Part shown: positions 17,185 to 26,945 of the stretch, one piece after another
Position numbering within the stretch: position 1 is the stretch's first letter
How the letters are laid out: each line of letters opens with the position of its first letter
From: an uncultured Clostridia bacterium
Lineage (GTDB): Bacteria; Bacillota; Clostridia; TANB77; CAG-508
Direction of reading: 5' to 3'
Length of the DNA stretch: 64,000 nucleotides
NCBI GenBank assembly: GCA_934133175.1
Contig: CAKPAX010000005.1
Location: forward strand, 4,450-68,449
Made by a program: the position numbers and the translations under genes
Notes under the pieces: generated by a model
What the model was told of the DNA's origin: nothing
The model's input: the letters and a program-made list of their open reading frames with translations, nothing else
The model's database searches: none

Positions 17185-17395
17185 AAAGTAAATAAAACCC
17201 CTGCATAGTGCGTGTAGACAGAATTTTTAGAACCAACACCTATTAAGAGGGGCCGATCTCTAAAATATGGCGTGCAAGCTTACATTTTATAGTAAGAAGC
17301 CCAGGAGTATTTAGGTAGGCACCCACCTGTTGCAGAACAGGTCCTTAAAAATTCAAGACATCTTGCGGCTAAGGCGGGGAATTTTTTTGTTTAAA
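17185..17395 (+). ncRNA. ssrS: structured ncRNA, best interpreted as 6S RNA
   Basis: A TTGTAT-17-TAATAT promoter lies at about 17143-17171. The 5' CCCC(T)GC pairs with the 3' GCGGGG, which is followed by a T7 run. There is an inner stem GAATTTTTAG/CTTAAAAATTC and an apical stem CTAAAAT/ATTTTAT. The segments GGGCCGAUCU, GAAGCC and CACCU plus the hairpin CCTGTT-gcag-AACAGG parallel E. coli 6S (GAGCCGAU, GAAGCC, CACCUUGAACCAAGG). Length is about 190-210 nt. Confidence 0.55.
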
Positions 17396-17443
17396 TTTAT
17401 TGACGTGAAAAACTATTTAATAATTTTTCACGTCAATAAATTT
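17393..17443. terminator. bidirectional hairpin between the ncRNA and the ylbJ-like gene
   Basis: AAATTTATTGACGTGAAAAA...TTTTTCACGTCAATAAATTT is a long, perfect inverted repeat. Confidence 0.65.
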
Positions 17444-18516
17444 TATAAATTAAAATTAAACATAGGAATAGTAGAAATAAAAGCAAATGTATATAGTGCA
17501 GCAGTAGTCCCTTGTAATAATTTGCCTATAATATAAGGCTTTATAGATAAATCAGTTTTAGAAATAACACTAAAAACTTGCAATAATATAGAAATACCAC
17601 CAAATCCTAATAAAAATGATGTAATTATAATATTTATAGAAATAGCTTTTATATGTATATTAGAGATTAAATTAATACCATTTGTTATTTCAATGATTCC
17701 AGTTAAAAGTGGAGCGATAAAAGATATAGGTATATGTAAAAAGCTAAATAAAGGTGTTAAAAATACAACAAGAATATTTAATATTTTACTAGAATTTAAT
17801 ATTGATATAACAACGGAAAATAATACAACAAATCCACCAATCATCATAATTGTAGATATTGAATTAGAAATACTAGTTCCAATTATTTCACCTAAACTAG
17901 AAAAGCTTACATTATTATTTTTATTAGTTTTTTTATAGTTATTAAATGAAGCATTATTAAAAGTGCTTTTTTTACATTTCCAAAATCTAAAAATTATTCC
18001 TACAGTAATACAAGATAATATATGAGTAATAAATAATAATAAACCTATAGTAGAATTTCCAAACATGCTAATACCAACAGTACCTATAATAAATAAAGGA
18101 CCAGAATTATTTGTAAAACTAAGTAGACGTTCACATTCTTCTTTTGAACAAATATTATCTTGCCTAAATTGGGATGCTATTTTTGCTCCAATAGGATATC
18201 CACTTATTATTCCCATAATAAATGCAAAACTACCTTCACCTCTGACATTAAATAAAGGTTTCATTATTTTATTTAGTAATTTACCAAGAATATTAATAAT
18301 ATTTGTTCTAGAAAGTAATTCTGTTGCAACAAAAAATGGAAAAAGAGAGGGGACAACAGAATTTGCCCATAGTTTTAATCCTGATTTTGCGGCAACTAAA
18401 TTGTTGTTAGAAAATATAATTAAACATAATGTAAATAATAAAAAAATAAATGGAATAATATATTTTCTAATCTTTATAATATAAAAATTAAATTTTGGAA
18501 TAGATATTGATTTCAA
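17443..18516 (-). CDS. sporulation integral membrane protein YlbJ-like (nucleoside-recognition-type membrane protein)
   Basis: 357 aa from a TTG at 18516 that follows a gaggtg RBS. The motifs AAKSGLKLWANSVVPSLFPFFVATELL and GYPIGAKI match the YlbJ family pattern. Confidence 0.7.
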   Translation of the reverse strand: MKSISIPKFNFYIIKIRKYIIPFIFLLFTLCLIIFSNNNLVAAKSGLKLWANSVVPSLFPFFVATELLSRTNIINILGKLLNKIMKPLFNVRGEGSFAFIMGIISGYPIGAKIASQFRQDNICSKEECERLLSFTNNSGPLFIIGTVGISMFGNSTIGLLLFITHILSCITVGIIFRFWKCKKSTFNNASFNNYKKTNKNNNVSFSSLGEIIGTSISNSISTIMMIGGFVVLFSVVISILNSSKILNILVVFLTPLFSFLHIPISFIAPLLTGIIEITNGINLISNIHIKAISINIIITSFLLGFGGISILLQVFSVISKTDLSIKPYIIGKLLQGTTAALYTFAFISTIPMFNFNL

Positions 18517-18587
18517 AATATACACCTCAATAAAATATATTGAATAAATTGAAAAAAAATGCACATAACAATAAAAGAGGTGCTAGT

Positions 18588-18743
18588 ATGAAAAATAAAA
18601 AAAATATGCGTGAATATATAGAGGATACAACAAAATATGGTGAATTTGTGTCTTCATATTTTGCTTGGGTATCTTTACCACAGCAAAAGAAAAATGTAGA
18701 GAGATTAGAAAATATAACAAATAGTAAAAATAATAAAAAATAA
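18588..18743 (+). CDS. possible 51-aa small protein
   Basis: The internal ATG is preceded by an agaggtg RBS. Translation: MKNKKNMREYIEDTTKYGEFVSSYFAWVSLPQQKKNVERLENITNSKNNKK. No recognisable family. Confidence 0.25.
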   Translation: MKNKKNMREYIEDTTKYGEFVSSYFAWVSLPQQKKNVERLENITNSKNNKK

Positions 18744-18836
18744 AGAAAAAGTTTAAAAAAATAAGAAAAAGTGTGAAAATTATAAGAAAATAAATAAAAA
18801 TGACTATAAATTAACAAAGAAAAAATAAAAAACACT

Positions 18837-18890
18837 TTGAAAAAAAATAAAAACCTTGTATAATATTATTATAGGTCAAAGAAAGTCAAA
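18837..18890 (+). promoter_or_regulatory. sigma-A promoter plus CtsR operator of the ctsR-clpC operon
   Basis: TTGAAA (18837-18842), 16-nt spacer, TATAAT (18859-18864). This is followed by the direct heptad repeat AGGTCAAAgaaAGTCAAAG (18873-18890), which matches the CtsR box A/GGTCAAAnAnA/GGTCAAA. Confidence 0.85.
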
Positions 18891-18911
18891 GTAAAAACAA
18901 GAGGTGATAAT

Positions 18912-19355
18912 ATGAATATATCAGATATAATAGAAGACTTTATAAAAGATATGTTTAATGATGAAGAAGAATATATAGAAATACAAAGAAATGACTTAGC
19001 AGAGCATTTTAAATGTGTTCCGTCACAAATAAACTATGTAATATCCACAAGATTTAAACCATCACAAGGATATTATGTAGAAAGCAAAAGAGGCGGAGGA
19101 GGAAGCATAAAAATTAAAAAACTAAATGTAACAAAATCAGATTATTTAATGCATATAATAAAAAACATAGGAGATACTTTAACAAATCACGAAGCAAGTA
19201 TATATATAAGTGATTTTTTATCATATAACATTGTTGATGAAAAAGAAGCAAAACTTTTAAAAGTAGCAACTAGTGATAATGTATTAAATGTGTCAAAAGA
19301 TATAAGAGACAAATTAAGAGCAAGAATTTTCAAGAATATGCTTTTAAATTTATAA
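18912..19355 (+). CDS. ctsR: class III stress gene repressor CtsR
   Basis: 147 aa. MNISDIIEDFIKDMF... and SQINYVISTRF...GYYVESKRGGGGSIKI are typical of CtsR. It is the first gene of the ctsR-mcsA-mcsB-clpC operon. Confidence 0.93.
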   Translation: MNISDIIEDFIKDMFNDEEEYIEIQRNDLAEHFKCVPSQINYVISTRFKPSQGYYVESKRGGGGSIKIKKLNVTKSDYLMHIIKNIGDTLTNHEASIYISDFLSYNIVDEKEAKLLKVATSDNVLNVSKDIRDKLRARIFKNMLLNL

Positions 19356-19381
19356 ATAAAAAGAAAGAGGAGGTAATTAAT

Positions 19382-19939
19382 ATGTTGTGTGAAAATTGTG
19401 GTAAAAAAGAAGCAAATGTACAATATACGGAGGTTATAAACGGAAAGAAAAAACAAGTATTTTTATGTGAAGAATGTAGTAAAAAACTTGGATTAGAAGA
19501 TGAAATGAAATTTGATTTTCCAATTAATTTTTCAAGTTTCTTTGGAGACTTTTTAGAAGATTTTGAAAATACAGATTTCCTTCCAACATTAGATACTAAA
19601 AAAGATATAAGATGTGACTATTGTAATACAAGTTTTGAAGATTTTATGAATACAGGAAAATTTGGATGTGGACATTGCTATGACGCATTTCATAGTAAAA
19701 TAGATCCAATATTAAAAAAGATACATGGAAGTAATAGACATACTGGAAGAATTGGAAATATTAAAGAAAGCAAGAAATTATTTGCAGAAAATGATAAGAC
19801 AGAAGTTGAAGTAAAAGAAAAAGAAGAAAAAAGTGAATTGCAAAAATTAAAAAGAGATTTAAAACAAGCAATAAAAGAAGAAAGATATGAAGATGCTGCA
19901 AAAATAAGAGATGAAATAAAAAAACAAGAAAATAAATAA
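19382..19939 (+). CDS. mcsA: protein-arginine kinase activator McsA
   Basis: 185 aa. It has N-terminal CxxC zinc motifs (MLCENCGKKEA, LCEECS) and a C-terminal UVR motif (LKQAIKEERYEDAAKIRDEI). Confidence 0.9.
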   Translation: MLCENCGKKEANVQYTEVINGKKKQVFLCEECSKKLGLEDEMKFDFPINFSSFFGDFLEDFENTDFLPTLDTKKDIRCDYCNTSFEDFMNTGKFGCGHCYDAFHSKIDPILKKIHGSNRHTGRIGNIKESKKLFAENDKTEVEVKEKEEKSELQKLKRDLKQAIKEERYEDAAKIRDEIKKQENK

Positions 19940-19969
19940 AAGTTTTAAGTAGAAAGGAAGGAAAATTAT

Positions 19970-20983
19970 ATGAACTGGTATTTACAAAGTGGAAAAGATG
20001 CAGATGTTGCAATAAGTACAAGAGTTAGACTTGCTAGAAACTTAAGCGAATTTAAATTTAATTTAAAAGATAAAGAAAGTGTAAAACTATTAGAAGAAAA
20101 AATAAAAGATATTCCATGGACTGTTGGATATGGACTTAAATTTTTTAAACTAAAAGATATGGATGATATTACTAAAATGAGTTTAGTTGAAAAAAATTTA
20201 ATTAGCCCAGAATTTGCTTTAAATAAAAATGAACTTGGTTCGATTTTAATAAATGATGATGAAAATATCTGTATAATGGTAAACGAAGAAGATCACTTGA
20301 GAATTCAAGTATTTAGTTCAGGATTTGATATAGAAAATACATTAAACTTAGCAAAAGAATTAGATGAAAAAATAGGAAATGCATTAAATTATGCAATGAG
20401 TGAAGATTATGGATATTTAACAAGTTGCCCTACAAATGTAGGAACAGGGCTAAGAGTGTCTGTAATGGTACATTTACCAGCACTTAGTAAAACTAAAAAT
20501 ATACAAAATGTACTAGATGCTATTGCAAATTTTGGTGTTAATATAAGAGGAATATATGGCGAAAATAGTAAATCATCAAGTGATATGTTCCAAATTTCTA
20601 ATAAACAAACATTAGGTATTACAGAAGATGAAATTGCAAAAAATATAAAAATAATTACAGAAAAGGTTATAGAGCAAGAAAGAGCAGCAAGAAAATTTTT
20701 AATTAAAGATAATTTAGAATTAGAAGATAAAGTATATAGAAGTTTTGGTATTTTAAAAAATTGTAGAAAGATCTCAAGTGAAGAAACAAGAGATTTGTTA
20801 TCAATAGTAAAATTAGGGACAGACCTAGGAATTATAGACGAAATGACAGATTTAAAAGTTCTAAAATTATATCTATATACAAAACCTGCTAATTTACAAA
20901 AATATTTAGGAGAAGAATATGATTCGTTAGAAAGAGATGTAAAGAGAGCAGAAGTTATAAAACAAATTATTGATGAAAAATAA
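19970..20983 (+). CDS. mcsB: protein arginine kinase McsB
   Basis: 337 aa with guanido-kinase motifs NEEDHLRIQ and CPTNVGTGLR. Confidence 0.93.
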   Translation: MNWYLQSGKDADVAISTRVRLARNLSEFKFNLKDKESVKLLEEKIKDIPWTVGYGLKFFKLKDMDDITKMSLVEKNLISPEFALNKNELGSILINDDENICIMVNEEDHLRIQVFSSGFDIENTLNLAKELDEKIGNALNYAMSEDYGYLTSCPTNVGTGLRVSVMVHLPALSKTKNIQNVLDAIANFGVNIRGIYGENSKSSSDMFQISNKQTLGITEDEIAKNIKIITEKVIEQERAARKFLIKDNLELEDKVYRSFGILKNCRKISSEETRDLLSIVKLGTDLGIIDEMTDLKVLKLYLYTKPANLQKYLGEEYDSLERDVKRAEVIKQIIDEK

Positions 20984-21002
20984 TAAAAAGGAAGGTGATA
21001 TT

Positions 21003-23456
21003 ATGATGTATAAATTTACAAGTAGAGCTCAAAAAGCTTTGGAAATTGCAAATAACATTGCTCAAGAATTAGGACATAGCTATATAGGAACAGAACATAT
21101 ACTATATGGTTTAACAGAAGAAGGAGCGGGAGTTGCTGCTAGAGTTTTGGAAAATCAAGGAATAAATTCAGAAGATGTTAAAAGCAAAATAGAAGAATTA
21201 ATTGGAGTAGAAGAACCAACAGAAGAAACATTAGGATTTACTCCAAGAACAAAAAGAATAATAGAAAATTCTTATATTGAAGCTAGAAAACTTGGATATA
21301 ACTATATAGGAACAGAACACTTATTAATAGGTATAATAAAAGAAGGAGATAGTGTTGCTGTTAGAATTTTATTAGATTTAAATGTAAATATTCCTAAATT
21401 ATATAATGAAATAATAAAAGTATTAAATGAAGATGAATCTGTAAAGGATGATGAAAATACATCAGGAAAATCAACAAGTAGAAGAGGTAGTTATAATTCT
21501 ACACAAACATTAAATCAATTTAGTGATGATTTAACTAAAAAAGCAGAAGAAGGTAAATTAGATCCAGTAGTAGGAAGAAATGAAGAAATAGAAAGAGTTA
21601 TTCAAATATTATCAAGAAGAACAAAAAATAATCCTTGTTTAATAGGTGAACCAGGTGTTGGTAAAACAGCTATAATTGAAGGATTAGCACAAAGAATAAT
21701 TGCTGGAGATGTACCTGAAATATTAAAAAATAAAAGAGTAGTAAGTCTTGATATTTCTGGTATGGTTGCTGGAGCCAAATATAGAGGAGATTTTGAAGAA
21801 AGAATAAAAAAAGCTTTAGGAGAAGTAAAAAAAGCAGGAGATATAATATTGTTTATTGATGAAATTCATACAATAGTTGGAGCAGGAGCAGCAGAAGGTG
21901 CAATAGATGCTGCTAATATTTTAAAACCAATGTTAGCAAGAGGAGAATTACAATTAATTGGTGCAACTACTTTAAATGAATACAGAAAATATATAGAAAA
22001 AGATGCTGCACTAGAAAGAAGATTTAGTCCTGTTAATGTTAAAGAACCAAGTGAAAAAGATACAATAAAAATTTTAAAAGGAATAAGAGATAAATATGAG
22101 GCTCATCATAATGTAAAAATTACAGACGAAGCAATTGAAGCTGCCGTTAACTTATCTGTAAGATATATAAATGATAGATTTTTACCAGATAAGGCAATAG
22201 ATTTAATTGATGAAGCTGCATCAAAAGCAAGATTAAAAACATATACAGAACCAGATAGCTTAAAGAATTTACAAGAAGAACTAGAAACAATAACAAAAGA
22301 TAAAGAAGAAGCTGTTAGAAATCAAAAATTTGAAAAAGCAGCATCATTAAGAGATAAAGAAAAAGAATTAAAAACTAAATTTGAAGAAGAAACTAAAAAG
22401 TGGAAAAATAAAAATACAAAATCTGTAACAAACATTACAGAAGAAAATATAGCAGATGTAATTTCTAGTTGGACTGGTATTCCTACTAAAAAATTAACAG
22501 AAGACGAAAATAAAAGATTGAAAAATTTGGAGAAAAATTTACATGAAAGAGTTGTTGGACAAAATGAGGCTGTAGAAGCGGTTGCTAAAGCAATAAGAAG
22601 AGGAAGAGTAGGGTTAAAAGATCCAAATCGTCCAATAGGTTCATTCTTATTTTTAGGACCTACAGGTGTTGGTAAAACAGAACTTTCAAAAGCATTAGCA
22701 GAAGTATTGTTTGGCGATGAAAATGCAATGATAAGATTAGATATGTCTGAATATATGGAAGCACATTCTGTATCTAAATTAATTGGTTCACCTCCAGGAT
22801 ATGTTGGATTTGAAGAAGGAGGGCAATTAACAGAAAAGATAAGAAGAAAACCATATGCAGTAATTCTTTTTGATGAAATTGAAAAAGCTCATCCAGATGT
22901 AATGAATATGTTATTACAGATTCTAGAAGATGGTAGATTAACAGACTCAACAGGTAGAACAGTTAATTTTAAAAATACTGTAATTATTATGACATCTAAT
23001 TTAGGTGCTAGATTAATAACAGACAAAAAGACATTAGGATTTGCAAATAATGAAGATAAAAAAGAAGATGGCAATAAAGAATATGAAGAAACTAAAAAAG
23101 AGGTTATGGATGTTCTAAAGAAAGAATTAAGACCAGAATTTATAAACCGTATTGATGAAATTATTGTATTCCATAAATTAAATGATGATGAAATAAGTTG
23201 CATTATAGATATAATGTTAAAACAAGTTGTAGAAAGATTAAAAGCACAAAAAATAGAAATTGAATTAGATGAATCTGTTAAAAAGTTAATTGCAGAAAAA
23301 GGAATAGATAAAAACTTTGGTGCAAGACCTTTAAGAAGAACTATTCAAAACTTATTAGAAGATAGATTAGCAGAAGAAATAATTGATGGAAAACTAAATA
23401 AAGATAAAGTAACTAAAATAGGAGTAAAAGACGGTAAAGTTGTAGTAGAAAACTAA
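21003..23456 (+). CDS. clpC: ATP-dependent Clp protease ATP-binding subunit ClpC
   Basis: 817 aa from the ATG at 21003, after an aaggaaggtga RBS. It has Clp_N repeats, two Walker A motifs ([16 protein letters not shown]) and a UVR-like middle motif. Confidence 0.95.
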   Translation: MMYKFTSRAQKALEIANNIAQELGHSYIGTEHILYGLTEEGAGVAARVLENQGINSEDVKSKIEELIGVEEPTEETLGFTPRTKRIIENSYIEARKLGYNYIGTEHLLIGIIKEGDSVAVRILLDLNVNIPKLYNEIIKVLNEDESVKDDENTSGKSTSRRGSYNSTQTLNQFSDDLTKKAEEGKLDPVVGRNEEIERVIQILSRRTKNNPCLIGEPGVGKTAIIEGLAQRIIAGDVPEILKNKRVVSLDISGMVAGAKYRGDFEERIKKALGEVKKAGDIILFIDEIHTIVGAGAAEGAIDAANILKPMLARGELQLIGATTLNEYRKYIEKDAALERRFSPVNVKEPSEKDTIKILKGIRDKYEAHHNVKITDEAIEAAVNLSVRYINDRFLPDKAIDLIDEAASKARLKTYTEPDSLKNLQEELETITKDKEEAVRNQKFEKAASLRDKEKELKTKFEEETKKWKNKNTKSVTNITEENIADVISSWTGIPTKKLTEDENKRLKNLEKNLHERVVGQNEAVEAVAKAIRRGRVGLKDPNRPIGSFLFLGPTGVGKTELSKALAEVLFGDENAMIRLDMSEYMEAHSVSKLIGSPPGYVGFEEGGQLTEKIRRKPYAVILFDEIEKAHPDVMNMLLQILEDGRLTDSTGRTVNFKNTVIIMTSNLGARLITDKKTLGFANNEDKKEDGNKEYEETKKEVMDVLKKELRPEFINRIDEIIVFHKLNDDEISCIIDIMLKQVVERLKAQKIEIELDESVKKLIAEKGIDKNFGARPLRRTIQNLLEDRLAEEIIDGKLNKDKVTKIGVKDGKVVVEN

Positions 23457-23464
23457 TAAATATA

Positions 23465-23498
23465 AAACGGCAAACTTGAGGAAAGTTTACCGTTTTTA
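23465..23498 (+). terminator. terminator after clpC
   Basis: An AACGGCAAACTT / AAGTTTACCGTT stem is followed by a T run. Confidence 0.7.
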
Positions 23499-23612
23499 TA
23501 TTTATAAAATTTTTCCAAAAAGTGTTTGAATTGCCAAAATTTGCATTTTTCTTTAAAGTATGTTATAATTGTAATATAATAATTTAATATGTTCAATAAG
23601 GAGGCGTTTAAA

Positions 23613-23939
23613 TTGTTTTATGTAATATATATTTTATTATTTACAATAGCATTGTTATTAGGGTATGCTATTATGCAATTGAAATTATTTGGAATTAATA
23701 TAAAAGATTTTTGGAGCTTTATAGAAGCAAATCAAATGTTAGATAAATTATATGCTTTCTCTAAAAAATATAAAAGTTTGAATATACAAGAACAAATTAT
23801 ATATTTATCAGAAGCAGAAAAAATATTTAATGCATTTGATAAAGTGCCAAGTGCATTGTGGGAAGAAGAATATGATAAATATTCAGAAGTTTTAAACAAA
23901 TATAAAGAGATAAAAATGTTAAGATGGGAATCAAACTAA
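23613..23939 (+). CDS. hypothetical N-terminally membrane-anchored protein
   Basis: 108 aa from a TTG at 23613 that follows an aaggagg RBS. One TM helix (FYVIYILLFTIALLLGYAIMQL) precedes a soluble helical part. Confidence 0.5.
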   Translation: MFYVIYILLFTIALLLGYAIMQLKLFGINIKDFWSFIEANQMLDKLYAFSKKYKSLNIQEQIIYLSEAEKIFNAFDKVPSALWEEEYDKYSEVLNKYKEIKMLRWESN

Positions 23940-24093
23940 GTTATGTATAATTAAAAGATTAGATAATAAAACTTATCTAATCTTTTTTTAATCTTTACTA
24001 TATTAGTAAAATGCGAAAAGATTGAAATAAAAACAAAAATATGATATAATAATTATGTAACCTATAGATAAATTTTTATAGAAGGAGGCATAA

Positions 24094-24723
24094 ATGTTTT
24101 ATTTTGCGAAGTTAGCAGTTGTAACTACACTTTCAATTGCTATATCAACAACAGGAGCGACATCAGGAACAACAGAAGGAGGTAGTAATAATGCTGCTAA
24201 TCAGCAACAGCAGCGGGAAATTACCAAAGATGAAAATTTAAAACATATCGAAGGAGGGGTTGTAAAACCCGAAGATATGTATATATCTTTGGAAGAAGTA
24301 ACTTATTATTTCTCTCAGAATGTTGACACCAAGTGTCAATTATCCAAAGATTCTTTTATAGAATTGATGGAAAATCTACCATATGATTATGAAGGTTTCT
24401 ATTCAAGAAACGCAGAATTTATATGGGAGATGGAACAGGAGTATGAAGTTAACGCACTTGTTTATTGCGGGATATCTGCAATAGAATCAGGTTGGGGAGT
24501 ATACGGAGCTTCTGATCATAACTATACAGGAATGATGGGAAGTGAAGGATTAATATATTTCCAATCAGATGAAGAGGGAATAGAAGCAACTTTTGCCAAT
24601 ATCGCTGAAAATTATGTACCATATGGTGCAGATACCTTAAGCGGTATGGCAGAAAAATATGCTGGATCTTATTCCTGGGCAGATCAGGTTTATTCTGCTA
24701 TAAGCATGATAATTTCCCAATAG
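24094..24723 (+). CDS. secreted protein with a glucosaminidase-like (mannosyl-glycoprotein endo-beta-N-acetylglucosaminidase) domain
   Basis: 209 aa with a signal-like N-terminus. The AISAIESGWGVYGAS motif is typical of LytD/FlgJ-type glucosaminidase domains. It has a gaaggagg RBS and its own TTGAAA-17-TGaTATAAT promoter. Composition is richer in G/C than its neighbours. Confidence 0.6.
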   Translation: MFYFAKLAVVTTLSIAISTTGATSGTTEGGSNNAANQQQQREITKDENLKHIEGGVVKPEDMYISLEEVTYYFSQNVDTKCQLSKDSFIELMENLPYDYEGFYSRNAEFIWEMEQEYEVNALVYCGISAIESGWGVYGASDHNYTGMMGSEGLIYFQSDEEGIEATFANIAENYVPYGADTLSGMAEKYAGSYSWADQVYSAISMIISQ

Positions 24724-24771
24724 GATCTATAAAATAAAAAATGTTATATAATAATTATATATAACAAAAAT

Positions 24772-24797
24772 AGGAGAGATTTTAATTAATCTCTCCT
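24772..24797. terminator. bidirectional terminator
   Basis: AGGAGAGATT-ttaatt-AATCTCTCCT lies between convergent genes. Confidence 0.6.
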
Positions 24798-24816
24798 TAA
24801 TTTATGTAATTAAATT

Positions 24817-25725
24817 TTATTTAGATTTTTTATCATCTTTCATTACTTCTTTAATTGCACCTAAACTGCTTAATGCATTTGTTGCTTCAAAAGGTATAAA
24901 TACTTTGTTAGCTTCACCATTAGCAATTTCTTTTAATGCTTCTAATGATTTTATTTGTACTAGTTTTTCATCTGGATCTGCATTTTTAATTGCTTCATAT
25001 ACCATTTGAATTTCTTTAGCTTTAGCATCGGCAACAGCTTTTATAGCTTGAGCCTCACCATCAGCTCTTCTTATCTTTGATTCTTTTTCAGCTTCTGCAT
25101 CTAATATAGCAGCTTCTTTTCTACCTTGTGCAATAGTAACAGCAGATTGTTTTTGAGCTTCAGCTTCAAGAATTAAAGCTCTTTTATTTCTTTCTGCATT
25201 CATTTGTTTTTCCATTGCATCTCTAATATCAGCAGGTGGGTTAATGTCTTTAATTTCAACTCTATCTATTTTACATCCCCATCTATCTGTTGCTTCATCA
25301 AGAATAACTCTTAATTTTTGGTTAATTCCATCTCTAGAACTAAATGTTTCATCTAAATCCATTTTACCAACAATATCACGAATAGTTGTAATAGCTAAGT
25401 ATTCAATACCTTTCTTTAAACTTTGAATTTCGTATACTGCTTTAGCTGGATCTGTTACTTGATAGAATACAACTGTATCTATTGTAATTGTAACATTATC
25501 TTTTGTAATAACACCTTGAGGTGGAATATCCATTGTTTGTTGTTTTAAACTAACAACACTTCTTACATGATCAACAAATGGAATTATAATTGTAAGACCT
25601 GCATCAGCTACTTTATGAAATTTACCTAACCTTTCAATTATATATACCTCAGATTGTCTAACAACTTTAATTGATTTAAATGCTATAAATAATATTATAA
25701 CAAGTAAAATTAATAAAAAAGCCAT
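24817..25725 (-). CDS. SPFH/band 7 (stomatin-like) membrane protein
   Basis: 302 aa. An N-terminal TM helix is followed by an SPFH core (VRQSEVYIIERLGKFHKV...TKDNVTITIDTVVFYQV) and a coiled Ala/Glu/Lys-rich C-terminus. Confidence 0.9.
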   Translation of the reverse strand: MAFLLILLVIILFIAFKSIKVVRQSEVYIIERLGKFHKVADAGLTIIIPFVDHVRSVVSLKQQTMDIPPQGVITKDNVTITIDTVVFYQVTDPAKAVYEIQSLKKGIEYLAITTIRDIVGKMDLDETFSSRDGINQKLRVILDEATDRWGCKIDRVEIKDINPPADIRDAMEKQMNAERNKRALILEAEAQKQSAVTIAQGRKEAAILDAEAEKESKIRRADGEAQAIKAVADAKAKEIQMVYEAIKNADPDEKLVQIKSLEALKEIANGEANKVFIPFEATNALSSLGAIKEVMKDDKKSK

Positions 25726-25776
25726 TTTAATTTCCTCCTTATATTTTAATAATATATAATAATAAAATATTAATAA

Positions 25777-26220
25777 CTAAATTTTAATAGTAGAATTAAT
25801 AGGTTCTACTAAGGCTTTAACTCCTCTTATTTCTAAAACTTTTACTTCTGTTCCAGCTTGTATAGTAGAATTACCGTTACAAATAGCAGACCATACTTCA
25901 CCATCAACTTTAATTTGACCTTTACATTCAACCAAATTTATATCTTCTATAACAAGACCGCTTTTCCCAATTATAGAGTAAACGTTTGTTGAAATAGTTT
26001 TATCATTTTTGGTAATTCTATTAACTAAGGGTTTTGTTGCAAATATTAATATTGCTGATGATATTACAAATACAGCAGTTTGAATGATTATATTACTTGT
26101 AAAAAAACTAACAATCATTGCTAAAAGAGCTCCAATACCTAACCAGAAAATTAAAAATCCTACTGTAATAATTTCTGCTACAAAAAATATACCAGCAGCT
26201 ATTAACCATATTTGCCACAT
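25777..26220 (-). CDS. NfeD family membrane protein
   Basis: 147 aa with N-terminal TM helices and a C-terminal OB-fold (GQIKVDGEVWSAICNGNSTIQAGTEVKVLEIRGVKALVEP). It lies upstream of and is co-oriented with the SPFH gene, the classic nfeD-SPFH pair. Confidence 0.85.
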   Translation of the reverse strand: MWQIWLIAAGIFFVAEIITVGFLIFWLGIGALLAMIVSFFTSNIIIQTAVFVISSAILIFATKPLVNRITKNDKTISTNVYSIIGKSGLVIEDINLVECKGQIKVDGEVWSAICNGNSTIQAGTEVKVLEIRGVKALVEPINSTIKI

Positions 26221-26435
26221 AAAAGTTACCTCCTATAAATAAACCTATTTCTATTATACTATAAATTTCCTTAATTTTCAAATGTTTTATGTAATTTATT
26301 AAATTATTTACACTTGTTAATAATATGACAAAAATAATATGATAAGTAGATTATATTGCAAAATTTTTTAAACAGGTTGTAAAATTATAAAAAAAATGAT
26401 AATATCTTTATGAAAAAAACAAAGGAGAAAATTAA

Positions 26436-26927
26436 ATGATAAAATCAGATAGAGGTATAACATTAATGATATTAATAATTACAGTAATAATATTATTAAT
26501 ATTAGGAGGAATTGGAGTTTATACAAGTGTGGATTTGGTTAGAAATTCCAAAAGTAATAAGTTGACAGTGGAATTAGAAACAGTGCAACATGCTATTTTA
26601 GAAGAATATACAAAATATAATGCAATAAATAAAGTTAATTCTAATTTTGAGTTTTTGGGTACTAAATTAACAGATGATAATTTGAAGAAAAATCATATAG
26701 AAAAGGGTATTGGTAAATATTATTTTGAATATGATTCTGGTAAGGTAATAGAATTAAAAGATTTAAATATTCAAAATTACTATATTATTGATGAGAGTAG
26801 TTTAAATAAATTAGGAATAAAAAATAGTGAAGATGAGTATATAGTTAATTATAAAACTGGTGAAGTTATGAACAAAACAAAATTAAAAAATAATGTTGGA
26901 GAGGCATTGTATATTTGTAATAATTAA
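26436..26927 (+). CDS. small pilin-like (class III signal peptide-like) protein
   Basis: 163 aa. MIKSDRG-ITLMILIITVIILLILGGIG is a short basic leader ending in Gly followed by a ~20-residue hydrophobic stretch. There is no Glu at +5. Confidence 0.55.
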   Translation: MIKSDRGITLMILIITVIILLILGGIGVYTSVDLVRNSKSNKLTVELETVQHAILEEYTKYNAINKVNSNFEFLGTKLTDDNLKKNHIEKGIGKYYFEYDSGKVIELKDLNIQNYYIIDESSLNKLGIKNSEDEYIVNYKTGEVMNKTKLKNNVGEALYICNN

Positions 26928-26945
26928 TTTGGAGGTAATATTACT

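Noticed and set aside
17185-17395. SRP RNA, tmRNA, RNase P RNA or a riboswitch as the identity of the structured RNA
   Set aside because: There is no GGAAGCAGC / GNRA domain IV motif (SRP). There is no GGGG...CCACCA tRNA-like ends or tag ORF (tmRNA). The GAGGAAAGUCC motif of RNase P is absent and the RNA is far too short. No downstream same-strand gene follows it, because a bidirectional terminator comes next, which argues against a riboswitch.
18744-18836. Three loosely repeated ATAAGAAAA(A)GT units upstream of the ctsR promoter as a regulatory array
   Set aside because: The units are degenerate and lie in an A-rich region where such matches are expected by chance. The recognised CtsR operator lies downstream, at 18873-18890.
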